Assembly: GCA_965649825.1 (NCBI GenBank)
Contig: OZ287694.1
Coordinates: 1,363,197 to 1,427,196, forward strand
Source: Penicillus capitatus
Lineage: Eukaryota; Plantae; Chlorophyta
DNA: 64,000 nucleotides
Reading direction: 5' to 3'
Position 1 is the stretch's first letter. The number at the start of each line of letters is the position of its first letter. The notes below the pieces were generated by a model that saw nothing but the letters and a program-made list of their open reading frames with translations, ran no database searches and was not told the origin of the DNA. Positions 39,314-52,584 of the stretch are shown here, piece after piece. Made by a program: the position numbers and the translations under genes.

Positions 39314-41369
39314 TTACTGTGAACAGAACAGAACACGGTTTTGGCGGCGGCTATTGTGATAGACGGACTTTGTATTGTGCTCGTCTTCGGTCGTGGACGC
39401 GAGTTGTATATAACGTGGCAGATTCGATGGCGGCGCCGCCGCTGTCAGCAACCGCCAGGAAATGACGCGGCCTTCTGTTTGATCGGCCGAAGGCGCTGGA
39501 TAGTAGAGACTCGCTACGATGACCAACCCAACAGTCAATGCAAACAGTATTGGACTGACGTAGTGAAAGTTCAGACAGAAGAAGCAGTTTGCCCAAGTCA
39601 ACGTCTACAGCATCGATGTCCAGCAGACGACGGCAGAGAGGACAGACCTGACGGTTATCAGGATGCACTTGCTGATCGCACGTGTCTTGAAAGACGAGGA
39701 AAAAGATGAGGCGAATGGCTCCGACGAGGGATCCGATGGATAGCCCGATGACGGCGCCTTCGCTGTTGACTCTTCTCAGGAAGATGCCACAGGCAAAGAC
39801 GGCAGTGATGGATGGCCCGAGATGGTTGATGATTTCGGAAGCCACGATGAACAGACTGCGATTGGAGGCGTCGATGACAGGGATCCACAGAAGGGTCAGC
39901 ACAACGAGACCCACGACGGCGATCCGGCCAACTCTTGTCACTTCTCTTGCGCTCAGTGCCTCTCCACACATCACAGCTGATGAGATTGGAGGAGATAGTG
40001 TGATAAGTGTGACTGACCCGTATGGCAGAGACACCGACCGTAAATGTCGTAGGTAAACATCGCCGATACAGAATTGAAGAGAGAGGAGAGAGACGACATC
40101 ATCGCCGCCAGAAACGACGCGATCATGAGTCCCTTGACACCATGAGGAAACTCATGCAGAACCAGCAGAGGGTAGGCTTTGTTCGCTTCGTGCGATGCAT
40201 CCAGCGACGTTGAGCACCAGGCAGGAAAGGATGCACCCGACGGATCTGCTCGACACCATTCGAACAGCAGACGCGCCACCATTCCCGGGAAAACTAGAAA
40301 GTGGATGCTGCGTGGAAGGGAGGTAGCCCAGTCGGTGTACCGATAATAAAGAGGGGCAGCAGTTTGAGCAATGCCGCTCCGGCGGTGCCCAGTCGTGCGT
40401 GGTGGAGATTCTTGGCACTCAGCACACGCTGCGCCATTTCTTGATCCAGACACCAGCACCGCATTCCGCCGATGAACAGGGCCAGCCAAGTGCCGAGCCA
40501 TGGGAAGTCTCGGTCGTCAAGAGGACGGATCAAATGCGGAAAGGACTCTAACTGAACGGCTTCCAGTTTCTCAAAGAGGCCACCGATACCGCCGACGAGA
40601 CGCAGAGAGATGAGACTGCCGACGGCGCCGCCAGTTAACAGGATGACGCTCTGAATGGCATCGGTGATCATCACTGCCTGCCAGAGGGTGTCCAGCAAAG
40701 GGCAGTGTGTGAGAGGTCACACTTTTAAGCCGCCGATGATTGTGTAAAGCGCCGTGAGGCAGACGATGAGTGGCGTCGATTGCCAGATAGTGAGTCCGGT
40801 GACCACTTCCAGCACGACCGATCCGGCATAGAGGGTCGCCGAGATGGTGGCCAAGATATGCGTCGCGATCAGAATAGCCACAAACACAAATCTGCAGAAG
40901 CATAGGACGAGGAAAGAACTTCGCAATCGTCGTGCTGCTGTACCTGCAGATTCTATTGAAACGCAGTTCCAAGTACTCGGGCGTGGTCCGAATATTGCAG
41001 TGGATATAGAGCGGGGCAAAGACCCAGCCCAGCAGGATGAGAAGATAGGGCGCCGAGAGTTCATACATCGCAACAGCGATGCCAGATTTCGCAGCCGTCC
41101 CTGCCATACCAACAAACTGTTCACTTCCTACAAAGCGCATCCCCTTATGCCTGCCCTTGTCTAGGGGGTATGTTCGCGAACGTACCAACATTTGCGGCGA
41201 AAAGTGAGGCCGCGACGATGTAGTATGGCATGCAACGCCCAGCAAGGAAATAATCATGTGTCGTCGACGACCGGCGCTCCTGTTTTCCTAGAGAGTAGTA
41301 GATACCGCAAGCGACGACCACGGCAACGGACGCTGCGACAATAACAGTGTCGATAAGATGCAACGCCAT
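39314..41369 (-). CDS. Sodium:solute symporter (SLC5/SSS family)
   Basis: DYFLAGR...ASLFAANVG|SEQFVGMAG, WCLDQEMAQRVLSAKN and AAMMSSLSSLFNS. Many short introns; C-terminal exon uncertain. Confidence 0.9.
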
Positions 41370-41437
41370 CGGTTCCGTTTTGCCTCACTCGATAGAATAA
41401 CCAACCACCCGGGCGACGCGCCGGATGATGTGACAGG

Positions 41438-44400
41438 TTACGTCAAACTGTCAACAAGCTCCTGTGCCCGATGGACGATCGAAGGCGATAGGCCTTGATC
41501 GAGAGCAACCTCCAGACCGAAGCTCTCTTCGCAGAAACCGGGAAGCAGCTTCCAAGTGGTCGTCTTGCCTCCGTTGGCGCTTCGTCCGACTTCCATACGG
41601 TAGAAGACGGCCTCCGGGAAATCTTCGGTGAAGTTGGCGATCTTGTGCAGATGTGTGGCGAAGACGCCGAAGCAATGACGATCGTAGAGTTCTTTGAAGA
41701 TCGACGCCGAGATGGCTGTCCCTCCTGTCACTTCCGTTCCTTTGCCCAACTCGTCGATGAGCACCAAAGTACGCGACGTCGCATCGTGCAGGACGTGGGA
41801 CATTTCGGTCATCTCTACGGCAAAGGCGCTGAGATTTTCGAGCGGGCTATCCGTCACCAGGGTCTTGAGATTGACGCAGTCCATGAAAGGCAGAGCAGCC
41901 GCGCTGGCCGGAACGTAGAATCCGCATACGCCCAGGCAGCAGACGGCGGCGATCGATCGCAGAACAGTCGACTTTCCTAAGAGGCACACCATCGGAGAGG
42001 AGGCAATGCGCAGGAGGAAGAGTGTACCTGCCATGTTGGGTCCCGTCAGAATTGCCATACGTTTTAGCGAGAGGCTATTCAGCGTGCTCTCTTCTCGACG
42101 CATCCAGTAGGGCCAGAAATCGATGATCTCGAGAGGACCTGGCGATCTGGTCGTCAAGCGTGAGATATCTGGCAGACACCAATGACGTGACTGCGCTTCG
42201 GTGACGTGACTGGCCAAGGCAGTGAGAATAATAGAAGAGTGAGAAGCAGCAACGAGCGTCGAGAGATTCTGCACCAGATAGACGACGAGCTGCTGCATGT
42301 GCCGCTGAAAGGCTTCTTCCCAAGCCACCCACACCGCACTGGAATAAAATCAGGAGCGAGGCACGTGGATAGACGACGTCTTACCGGTAGCGATGGATGA
42401 GAGGCGTCAGCGATTCGATTTCGTACAGATCTTTGCCAAAACGCGTTTTCGTTCCAAGGCCGTCGGAATGGTGTCGGGAAACGGCGCCGCCATTTTCGGG
42501 GAGTTGCAGAGCGATGGACATGTTCTTGATGTCGAAGTAGATGCCATCGTATGCGCCGGCTGGATCAGATGGCTCGGTTGCATCGTCGGCCACACGGGGC
42601 ACATATCTCCGGTACTCCTCCACAAAGCTGCGCTTTGCCTGTCGAATATCGTCCATCTCGTCCAAGAGAAGCTCGCAATGGACGCAGTCGTGATAGAACG
42701 ACGCCATGGACTCCAGGAACCTCTCATAAGCGTCGTCTTCTTTGCCACGCTTCGAGAAGAAGTTGCCCGTTGTGCATTGGGCTGTTGACCGATCGTCCGC
42801 CGCATAGAGATCGTCTCTCAAAACCTGCACGTGACATCGCGTTCGCATACGATCTGTTGACCGACATCCGACTGCACCTGCGAGATCGCCTTGACGATTT
42901 TCGTGCTCTTCTGCCGGAACGATATCTGCTCCACTTCAAAATGCACTTCCTTGCCCACGATGCCCAAGAGAGGCGAGATGATACGGACCGAAGCTGGATC
43001 TTCCAACAGCGCGATGATGCCGTTCAACATTTTTCGCAGCTCGTCCAGAAACTCAACACTCCATTTCCCATGCCTCAGTATCTGGCACCGCATGTCGTGC
43101 GATGCCGTCCATCGAATGCGATAGACGTACTTCCACGATTCTGTTGGGCGCCAGTCGGGCATTGAGTTGAGGGATAGAACAGGCCGTCTGCGTCAGTTCC
43201 TGACAGAGCTGATGGATTCGCCTTGCCGTTTCGGGCGACGGTGGATCCAAAATACATCGCCGCATCCAACTCATCACAAGCTTCTGGCATCGCTCTGGGA
43301 GGACGACCTCCATGAGAGGCAAGACGCCACTGTGCTCTCTGGGACAGATACCGAGTTCGCTAACCGTCGACAACGGCGGCGGCGATGTGCGTTCTTTGAC
43401 ATCGTCCGTCAAGACAACGCACCGATCGATATCGATCTGCAGATTTTTCTGCAGCATCAGTTGCCGGAAACCCGCTATGGGATCCTCTGCCTGATAGCGA
43501 TCGACCGATCCGAACACAGACTTGGCGATATCTTCTGCCCTTTTCTGCCATCCTCTGAAATCCGCATCGATTCTTGCCCCGGGCAGCGACGAGATGTGCA
43601 CGTAAAGGGGCGGCGTCATGCCAGTCGAGTTGAGCTTTGCCCAGAGTCCTTCTTCACTCAAACGCGACGTGATCCGCATGGCGTTCTCTTTCACATCGTA
43701 CTGAAGGAGTGAGAAGCCTGTCTGCGACCACCAAACCGCCGCCAGTGGATTCGATCTATCCTGCGCTTCGTCTATCTGAGCGAGATCCCCGTCTTTCAAG
43801 GCGTAGACGTAACTGGACGTTTGGGTTCCGTCGATGATCGCCGCGACATAGTGCCGTCGGTAGTTTCGGTTTTTTCCGATTCTGTTCAGTTGATCGGATT
43901 CTTCGCAGATGACGACTTCGAATCCACATTGCTGGACGATTCTGTGGAGATAGTATGGCAAGTTTTCTGGCGAGCAGCGCACACGGGCGACGCCGTCGGC
44001 GCCCACAGGAGACATGTCACCAAACTTCATCAGCATGACGGCATCGATACCCACCGCCACATAATACTCGCCCGAACGTACCAACACAATGCGTTCCGGA
44101 TTCTGAAGCTTCGTCTCTCGAAAGAAAGAAAAATACGTCACCTGGATCGCACTCCTAAGTCCATGGCGTCTTTCGACTTCTTCATACCTTCTTCTGGGCG
44201 GCGCTGTCCAGCCAGAGCGGTTTTGAAGAATCTAGGCTCTTGAGGTAGGGCAGTGTTGACGGATCTTCGATTTCTTCGACCACTTCGTGCCACGTCTTGC
44301 GTCGCAGGATCTCGGGATCCTTCGCAACGAACCATTTCCCGTTCCACATCCGCTGCATTCCGAACACATAACGACCGAAACGGCGCGTTTGGCCGAACGG

Positions 44401-44457
44401 TGGGGTGCTGCGAAACGACCAGCCGATCGCCTTCCGCAGTGCACTGCGCGGCCACAT
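41438..44457 (-). CDS. MSH1: Plant-type MSH1 (organellar MutS) homologue lacking GIY-YIG
   Basis: Collinear with plant MSH1: DPSTLPYLKSL, IVLVRSGEYYVAVGIDAVML, SYVYAL, ILDPPS, ILTGPNMAG|KSTVLRSI, VLIDELGKGTE, FATHLH and WKLLPGFCEESFGLEVA. Stop after RAQELVDSLT. Confidence 0.88.
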
Positions 44458-44523
44458 GGAATTGCACCTGTCCCATCATCCACTTCCTTTCGAATCGGCG
44501 TCTTCCTCGACAAAAAACGAAGC

Positions 44524-45568
44524 ATGGCAAGACGCGCCGTTCTCACTCTTCTCTGGCTCGTTATCGCCACGTTCTCACCCCAACGCGACGTCCTCGCCGC
44601 GTCCACGTCCGTCCTCTTTGTCCTCTCTCCGAGACCGCCATACGCTCGTGTAGTGGCCTGACTCTTCCGAAGGTTGTCTGCGAGAATACTGCGTCTGGAA
44701 AGTGAGAACACCTGGATGCCGTCATGGTGTGCTGAGTGCCATGCTGCCATGAGGTACTACTTAACAGACAGCGAAGGAAGAATGTGTGAACGGTCGTTCA
44801 TCGATACCGAGACAGCGTGCTGCACCCGTGGCACACAGTTCTCATGCGAAACCTGCGAGAACGATGCCTGCTGCGGCCGTTATGAAGACTGCGTCTCGTG
44901 CTGTCTCGCACCGAAGAATGACGCCTCCAGTCATTACCTGAAAGAATACCGGTCACACTTTTCTCACACACTCCATCGCTAACGTCATTGCGCGAAGTGT
45001 CAGGGTTCGTGGACGGGAGGATACGGGAAAGTGGCCCAACGTCTTCCAGTACTGTCAGGGAATCTGTCGAACGTGGAGGCACAGCACCACACATGAGAAT
45101 GCCTTCATCGACACCCGGCGATACTGTTACTCGGCATACGGCCGTCCCACGGTATTGCACTCCTCCGACCTCAGCGTTCAACGCATATCGCCTTCTTAGA
45201 TACCAGAGGCTGTCCCACTACCGACGCTGTCGGAAGACACCGTCGTCGTTGCCGGCGAAGCGGGAGAGAGTTGCGATGTCGTCTGCTCTCGTAGCTCCAG
45301 TCTTTGCTCAGTCGACGATTTCCCTGCCATCCAGAGCTGCAATATTCTTCGCACATTCTTCATCTGCGAGGCTGGATGCGGTGAACTGCACGAAGAGAAG
45401 GACGAGAGACATGAGCCCTATTACATCGTCGAGAACACCGAGAAGCGCAATCGTCCAGCCTATTGCGTCATCCATGCAACGAACGGTGAATCACCAGCCA
45501 ACGCTTGTCAGTGGAATAAGTCCATCATCCGGCGCATCTGTCCCTGTCGGAAAATAAAGGAGACGTAA
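44524..45568 (+). CDS. SPRING1: SPRING1/C12orf49-like Cys-rich protein with C-terminal MGAT5-like Cys-rich module
   Basis: Signal anchor, then TDSEGRMCER...CC...CETC...CCGRYEDCVSCCLAP...YCQGICRT...HENAF...YCY. A spliced last exon gives GESCDVVC...ACQWNKSIIRRICPC. Confidence 0.75.
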
Positions 45569-45673
45569 TGAACAGACATTGAGCATCTGATCTGTCTGTC
45601 GTACATTAACATCGCGCATCTTTCCGACGAGATCTTCGAATCTCTTACGCGTTTTCTCCGTCTTTTCTGCGCG

Positions 45674-47530
45674 ATGCAAACGGAACGCGTCTGTTGGTCG
45701 ACGCTACCCTCTCCGTTATGCGTCGCGCGTTTGTCGCCGAGCCAATGGTGTCCAAGAGGGTCCGTCGCCCGACGAAGTTCCTGGGGTGCGATCGACGCGA
45801 TTACCGTTCCCCAGAGTGGACCAGCACAGAACGCCATTGAGGAAGATATGCGCCATCTGTTCGAAGATTTCGCCAAAGGATTTCAATCCGTCTCATCTGA
45901 GGCCGAGACGAGCGGATGGATAACGGACGTGGAGGGGGAGATACCGAAGGAACTCACGGGGACGCTCTTGCGTAACGGCCCGGCGTTGTTCGAGCGCAAC
46001 GGCGTGCGCAAGGAGTTCCTCGACGGCGATGGAATGATCACATCTGTCGCCATTCGCGACGGCAAAGCTTTCTTTCGCAATAAGTTCATTCGAACGGATT
46101 CGTTTAAACGCGAAGAGAAGGAAGGCGATTTTCTCGACCTGTCGATTTTTACGGCCGAGGATCCACGCGTTGCCAAAACGGGCCGTCCCATCTGGCAGAT
46201 TCGCCTCTTCGATGATATCTTCAATGGCCCACCGTCGCCGAAAAACAACGGCGCCTTCAATGCATGGCACTGGGGCAACACTCTCGTCGCCGTCGATTTC
46301 GGTCGACCGTTTCAGCTGGACAAACAAACACTGGATACGACAGAGCGCATGGACGACTTTGCCAAGCACGATTTTACGGCGCATTCCCGGCTGATGACAG
46401 AGAGTGATGGATCCCAGCGCCTTGTCTGTTTCTTGCCTTTCGTCGACTGGGCCAAACAGGAGGCTGAAATCACCTTCTTTGAATTCGATGAGCAAGGAGC
46501 CTGTCTCTTGCAGAAGAAATTCAAATTTGCACCGGCTTACTTTCATGACCTCATTGTTACCGACAAATGGTACCCTCTGCATGGTCACTCTTTTTTGGAA
46601 TCTCACACAAGTGTGGCGCGCGCAGGTATATTCTGTTCGACTGTCCGATCAAGATGGACTATTTCCGGACGTTTGTGAAGTATCCTTTGGGACAGGTGGG
46701 GTTGGGCGATACCGTATCGGAAGATCGCGATCGTCCGCCGATTTTTCGTCTCTTCCCTCGTCGATCAGACGGCGACATGATCGAGATTCCGGTCATCGAT
46801 AAGCATTGCTATGCTTACCATCACGTGAACGGTTTCGATCTGAATGACGAAGGGACGAGAGTGGTCTTCGACACATGCACGTGGGACAACTTTACGCTCT
46901 ACTTCAAAGACATTGTCGAGCCCGACGGAGAGAGATTTTTTCCCAGAACACAGGTGACGAGGTTTACGCTGGATCTGGAGAAAGGCCATGCGACATCTGA
47001 AATGGTCAATTCACGACCGTGCGAGTATCCAACGGTCGCGCCCTTAGCGACAGGGACCAAGTATGGTTGATTCTCAAATGTTGATCTCGGCGAGGGCCTT
47101 TGCCAGGTACAAACACATGTACATGTCGAGCAGCGCTGTCCGATTTGACGAGATCAATGGCCCACTGCAGTCGTTGACGAAAGTGTCCCATGACACGGAT
47201 ACAAAAGAGACGAAGGAAATGAACTGGTATCCCGGAAAGAGGAGATTTGTGGGTGAACCGCTTTTCGTTGCTCGCGAGGGGTCAACGAGCGAAGATGATG
47301 GATGGATTGTTGTTCTGGTACACGATGGCGGCGAGGTGGCGAATTATAAGGAATGCTCGTGAAGAAGGTGGTGATGGAATTCTGTGTAGAGGTGTGGAAC
47401 GGGACTGGCGATTTTGGATGCGCAGGACATTGAAGCAGGACCTGTGGCGATGATGCGACTTCCAACCTATGTTCCCATGGGCGTTCATGGTTCCTGGACA
47501 TCTGACTACATACTGGGACCCGGCGTGTGA
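45674..47530 (+). CDS. Carotenoid cleavage oxygenase (RPE65/ACO family)
   Basis: EGEIPKELTGTLLRNGPA, FLDGDGMI, DFTAHSR, YFHDLIVT, YHHVNGF, RPCEYPTV, GEPLFV...EDDGWIV and PMGVHGSW. Confidence 0.93.
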
Positions 47531-47839
47531 AGACTCGAGACGCTCTGAGTGACAGGCGTCGCTCTTTTTTGGCAAACGGAAGAGAAGAAACTCATTCTTC
47601 ATTTTTACCTTGAACACTTTTGCTTTCGGGAAAAGTAAAAAATAATGGACGATTGATTTGTCATTGAACAATTCTGAGAGAAACGCAAAAAAGACACTCA
47701 GATAAAGATTAGGTCGCTTACTCCCTCTCTAGCGACCACGTACATGTCTTTTCATATCAACTGGGATGTTATACGCCGAACCCTCGACAGGAGGGATTTT
47801 CTAATGACTTTTGCTCTGCTGCTGATTGAACAGATCGTG

Positions 47840-48690
47840 CTACAGAATGTGTTCTTCGTCACGGATGTAGTCCCCGACGTCTGCTTGGTGCAGTGCCACG
47901 GTCGCCGTGGGATCGATGTCTCTGCACTGCGCTGTTGTGCGCACGGACACGGCGAAGCCCAGTGGGATGTCCGACATGCTGTAGACCACCACGCCGGCAT
48001 TCACTGGCATGTTCTCCGTTATCCTCCCCACTCCCGACTTCAGGATGTGGTGGCTGTACAGGAACTGCTGCTCGGCAGACGGCTTGACCCAGATCTGCAG
48101 CAGCACACGAAGATCTCAGAAGCAGGAGGAGCTTAAATCAGGCGGATGCAGTCATCACGAAGACCGATGGTCATCATCAGGGATCCGAGCTCCTCGGCGG
48201 AAAGCTGAAAAATGGCAGGAATCATGCCGCGCACGGCGGATCATCCGCGAGCCGCTGTTCTCTTCACGGGAGCCCTTCGCCCGAGTTCGCGCCTCACTTT
48301 GCAGACGGCGTTGTCGGCGAGCAGATCGAGGGCGCCGATCGTCAGGTGGAACTTCTTGCTGTGCGTGAACTTGCCGATGCACGTTCCGAGGCCGACCAGA
48401 TCTGCCCGGGGTATCTACAAAGAAGCCCAACTAGGCGCTGGACGCGGGACGTCGAGACGCAGGCGGACGTTCACGGCGCTCCGGACGAGGCTCTCCCTGG
48501 CGTAGAAGACCTTGTCCCTGTGCAGCCGGAAGCAGTGGCTCTCGCCGCCTCGCTCCGTCAGCTTGGAAAGGTTGGCGCCGACGTACTTGAGAAGCTTCTC
48601 GAAGACGAGCTTCGCCTCCTGAAGGGATTGGGTGTCTCGCGAAAGCGAGTCCAGACGCTTTGAGTCTACCTCTTCGGTCAGCGGTCGCAT
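47840..48690 (-). CDS. NIP7: 60S ribosome biogenesis protein NIP7, copy 1
   Basis: MRPLTEE|[14 protein letters not shown]...[10 protein letters not shown]...|[27 protein letters not shown]|[13 protein letters not shown]...[12 protein letters not shown]. Three introns. Confidence 0.95.
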
Positions 48691-48892
48691 CTTCCGTCTG
48701 ACAGCCCGCGGACGGTGGAAACGGGATCCGCAGTGTCCCTCGGCGCGAACGAGCGACTGAGAGGACAGCTGCTGATGGAATGTCGTATATAATGAGCTGA
48801 CGTGAGCCGCTGTTTGTAATTGCTACATTTTCTGGAGCTTTCAACCTCGACGCAGCACACTCCGTCTTCTTTGCCGTGAGAGTCTACCTACG

Positions 48893-49337
48893 ATGCGTAG
48901 AGGGCGACCGAAAAAAGTGACGTGGGAAAACATGAAAGAGGGACTGACGAAGGCCGAAATAAGTGTAAGCATCCTCGAAAGTGCCAGGCTTCGTTTCCAC
49001 GCGAGTTATCCCTCTCCAGGCGGATTTGAGCAGAATTTTAGACAAGAAAGTCGACCCGAAGGAAACGGGTCGGGTCGCGCAGCGTAAACCGTCCCGGAAG
49101 AACCCCCCTCGTTCGTTGGGGATCGAAGATGACGAGTTGTACGAAGTGGATTTCATTCTAAAAGAGCGGACGACCCCCGATGGGAAGAGAGAATTACTAA
49201 TCCGATGGAAGGGGTACGGCAAGTCCGAAGACTCGTGGATACCAGAAAACAATCTCTCCTTGCCGATGTCGGCCTATCCGTTTCCTGGAAAAAACAAGTC
49301 AAAGGGAAAAAATAATGTAGTGTCAAGAAATTCGTAA
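48893..49337 (+). CDS. Small AT-hook plus chromodomain protein, copy 1 (~129 aa)
   Basis: Exon 1 MRRGRPKKVTWENMKEGLTKAEIS, a GTAAGC...CCAG intron, then exon 2 with LYEVDFILKER...LLIRWKGYGKSEDSWIPENNL. TGTAA at 49369. Confidence 0.75.
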
Positions 49338-52300
49338 CTAACTAACAGCGACAGTAAACTGGAAGGCATGTAATCCCAACTAGAGAGAGAGAAAACCATT
49401 TCGTGTTAATTTTTCTCGTCAAGTTTTCTCGTTCTACGCGCTTCGAGCGGGCCGAAAGCTTACACAAGTAGTTAAGCAGGTATGAGTGTTGGAAGAATCT
49501 CGACGAATGCCGCGTTCCACTCACAAATCTACTCATCTGGTACTATGGTTGGTACCGTAACAACTTCATTTCTGATCATGAAACCGTAAAAATACTGTCC
49601 CGCCTCACTTGCAAATACGATACTAACTCTTAACCGAATGAGTTTCAGACGTTGTACAATTCATTGAGTTGGTATGTGCATAAACTCGATCAATGCACAG
49701 ATCCGATGACGAAAGCAATTAATTTATGTGTTCATAAGTTTTTTCTTTTGTGCACGATTTTTATTGAACCTAACGTATAACAACAGCCTTGCAGAGCTCT
49801 TTTTGTGGAAAGGTTACAAAACAGATTTATCGTCCGGTTGCTTATCATGTCTATGAAACTGTCAGAAGGATTGAAACGTCACATCGAGACTGCCTAGATT
49901 TCCAAGGGTTCTGCCTCCGAAGGGGCGCTCATAAGGGGTTCACTGTTACTTGTCCGGCCACATCCTGGGTATAAATCCGTGAATGTGGACATGTAGGAAC
50001 CTTTGCTCTGTAACTGTGAAAGCTTTCCTTTGACAGAATCTTCTGTGTCTGATGAGCATTAGACGACCTTGCGGTTTGTGTGGGTGTTGGAAATGCGGCG
50101 GTTAACCACCTATTGTAGCCCATCAAGGACGGTTGGGTTTGTGCGTAATTACCTTGGCGTTCTGGCCATCGGTCGCGACGGGTGTTAACCTCCGACTAAA
50201 ATTTCTACTAACCGTACTGCGATGGTTATGGAAAAAAATACTAAAGTTCGCTACCGTTAGCCCTGAAGGTCAGGGAATCCTCAACCATCCTGGATATTTA
50301 AAGGCAGCAGTTTCAAGTAGGATAACCCGTGTTCTCTGTATTAACATTCGTGTGCGTTTTCGTCGAAGTCGTTTACCTGTGTCTTCACTCAACTCATCTC
50401 GAATTCGTTCACACACTCCCAACAGTAGGATTCTTAGAAGTCTTCAGTAACTCAGGCAGTTAGATTGCGAAGAAATCTTGTTGAGTAGCCAGAGTGCCAG
50501 GCGGTGTGGATGAAAGGAATGATATGGACGACTGCCATTTCCAGTTGTTCTTTGCGCGACGTTTTTCTTCGAACTGAATAAGTGTGACGACCTTGTTTGT
50601 GAGGTGATTCATGCATCCGTAGGTAAGTCGTTCTGAGTCAATGAAAAAGTAACTGTTGGAAACACTCAATTGAGCTTGTTAGCCGCTTACTTGGCTTTAA
50701 GCACCTCTCTTATACTGTCTCTTGTAGCTAGTAAGGATTTAGGATAACTGATAAAAGCACGGACTCTTCCAGGGCGAACGAAAGACGTGACAACGACAAT
50801 GAACAGTTATTGACCCGTTACTTTAAATGCATCGAGCGTTGATATGCTTGGGTTGTTTTGGACACGCGTTTCGAACGACATGTTTAGTGAAATGAAGAAT
50901 AGGTATTTCATTGTTTTTGGAGAAGCGGTGGGTTTTGCAAGCGTTTTTATTCTACAAAAAACGCATCGATGCTTGTACTGTTAGATCGCTCAAAATGCGT
51001 TGCTTGAGTAGTGATGGCCATGTGAAGACTCGATTGGTTTTTGTACATTGCGGAAGAAGATGTCTGTGTGAATGTAGCATTGTGTTGTATACATGAAAAG
51101 ATCGCGACGGGGAGGCAATGCATGATGGTGATGTCTTGACAAGCGGCATGACATCATGTGGTATTTTGAGTTCCCGAACGAGATAATCTTATATTCGCTT
51201 CCAGCCAAGAACTACTATTGCAGTGCTTTTTTCCACGCGATTTGCGCCTAACGGAGGTTATCGGCTGAGAGTTCTTTAAAGGCCGTTGCTTGGTATCGTT
51301 GTAGGGAGTGTTATGGTCGAATGTTCTGAAAGTTGTGAGTCGTAGAAACAATGCGAATGGTTTCGTCCTTGCCTTGGTTCGAAGTTCCGGGTATGTAGGT
51401 GATGACGTAAAACCGCTTCAGTTCATCATGGCGAAATTAGAGATCTTTCGAGATCACACGAGCTGCTGATCCATGCAATATAATGATTAATGTCTTCGTG
51501 ACTTTAATGCTCCTCTACAGACATCTCGAAACTTCATAGACCGTCTGCGTTTCGTTTCTACTGGTACATCTCTATGAACTTTCCTTCTTATCCTCTTGAT
51601 CTTTTTGTTTTGGAAGGTCTTCAAACTTTAAGCATTAGAAGGTAAAGCCTGTTTCCAAAGAGCTCACCGTTAGGAGTCTTCTTCACATGCAATTCGCCTT
51701 AAACTACATTGCAATGGTATTTTTAGCTGATGTACGCGTATAGCAGGTAGTCCGCACGAATAACCGAAGTTTCCATGATCATGCTTCTGCTCATCATCTC
51801 CTTTTCCACTAGATTATGCTGTATTCGAGGCATGCGTTTTTTCTCGATGGCCCTATCCAGTTAACACTATCTATCATTCTTGCTAATGAGGTAATTCCAA
51901 CAGCTGTCCAAAAAACAATCTATCTAAGAATGCTACATGACTTGTGTAGTTGGGAATAGCTGGTCATACAAACCCAGGTCGCTGTCGCCGGCCTCGCAGG
52001 GAAAACGAGATCACTGCGGAAGTTTCACAAGCTTTCGGAGCAAGGTAACACTAGGTCCAGATAGTCCCTTAAATACTTGCGTGATGACGCTACTTCAGAG
52101 TCAGATGAATCAGCCCCACTGTCAGCACCACAGAACAGCGTCCCTAAACGCACTTGGACCTTGTCTGACAAGACAGTGAAGGAAGGCCCCCTAAGCAGAT
52201 GCCCCCTTGCATAACAAGACAGTCACATCGACAAGGAAATCTTGGCGACAGTCGCATGATTTTTCAGAAAATGCATCGCCACTTCAAGGCGTCGTTATGG

Positions 52301-52584
52301 GCGATGGATGATCAATTCCTACCAATACTGTAATGAAACAAACGGATGAGTAGACAAAGTGGAATTCATAGATAGTGTGAAAAAGTTGTGACGCGGCATT
52401 CCGATCACATAAAAAGCCTTCCTACTTATCCGAATTTTTTGCTCATAAATGATTTCCCATTCAAGAAGCAATCTGCACCACGTCATAAACCTTCGCCATG
52501 AAGTTTACGAACATTTGCAGCAAGATGAAAACGACGTATCCCGAACCGGTGTACTCACCCACTGGTGACGCATTTCTCGACCCG

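Larger units (their letters stand above)
47400..49560. repeat. Segmental duplication copy 1 (CCD 3' end, NIP7, chromodomain gene)
   Basis: Aligns by eye with 60018-62200 (offset ~12.6 kb). The core 47814-48860 is near-identical to its partner; the flanks are strongly diverged. Confidence 0.85.

Noticed and set aside
48981-49337. Chromodomain as the remnant of a Ty3/Gypsy chromovirus
   Set aside because: No RT, RNase H, integrase or LTR was seen nearby, and the gene has an intron, an AT-hook exon and mostly silent divergence. A remote TE ancestry is not excluded.
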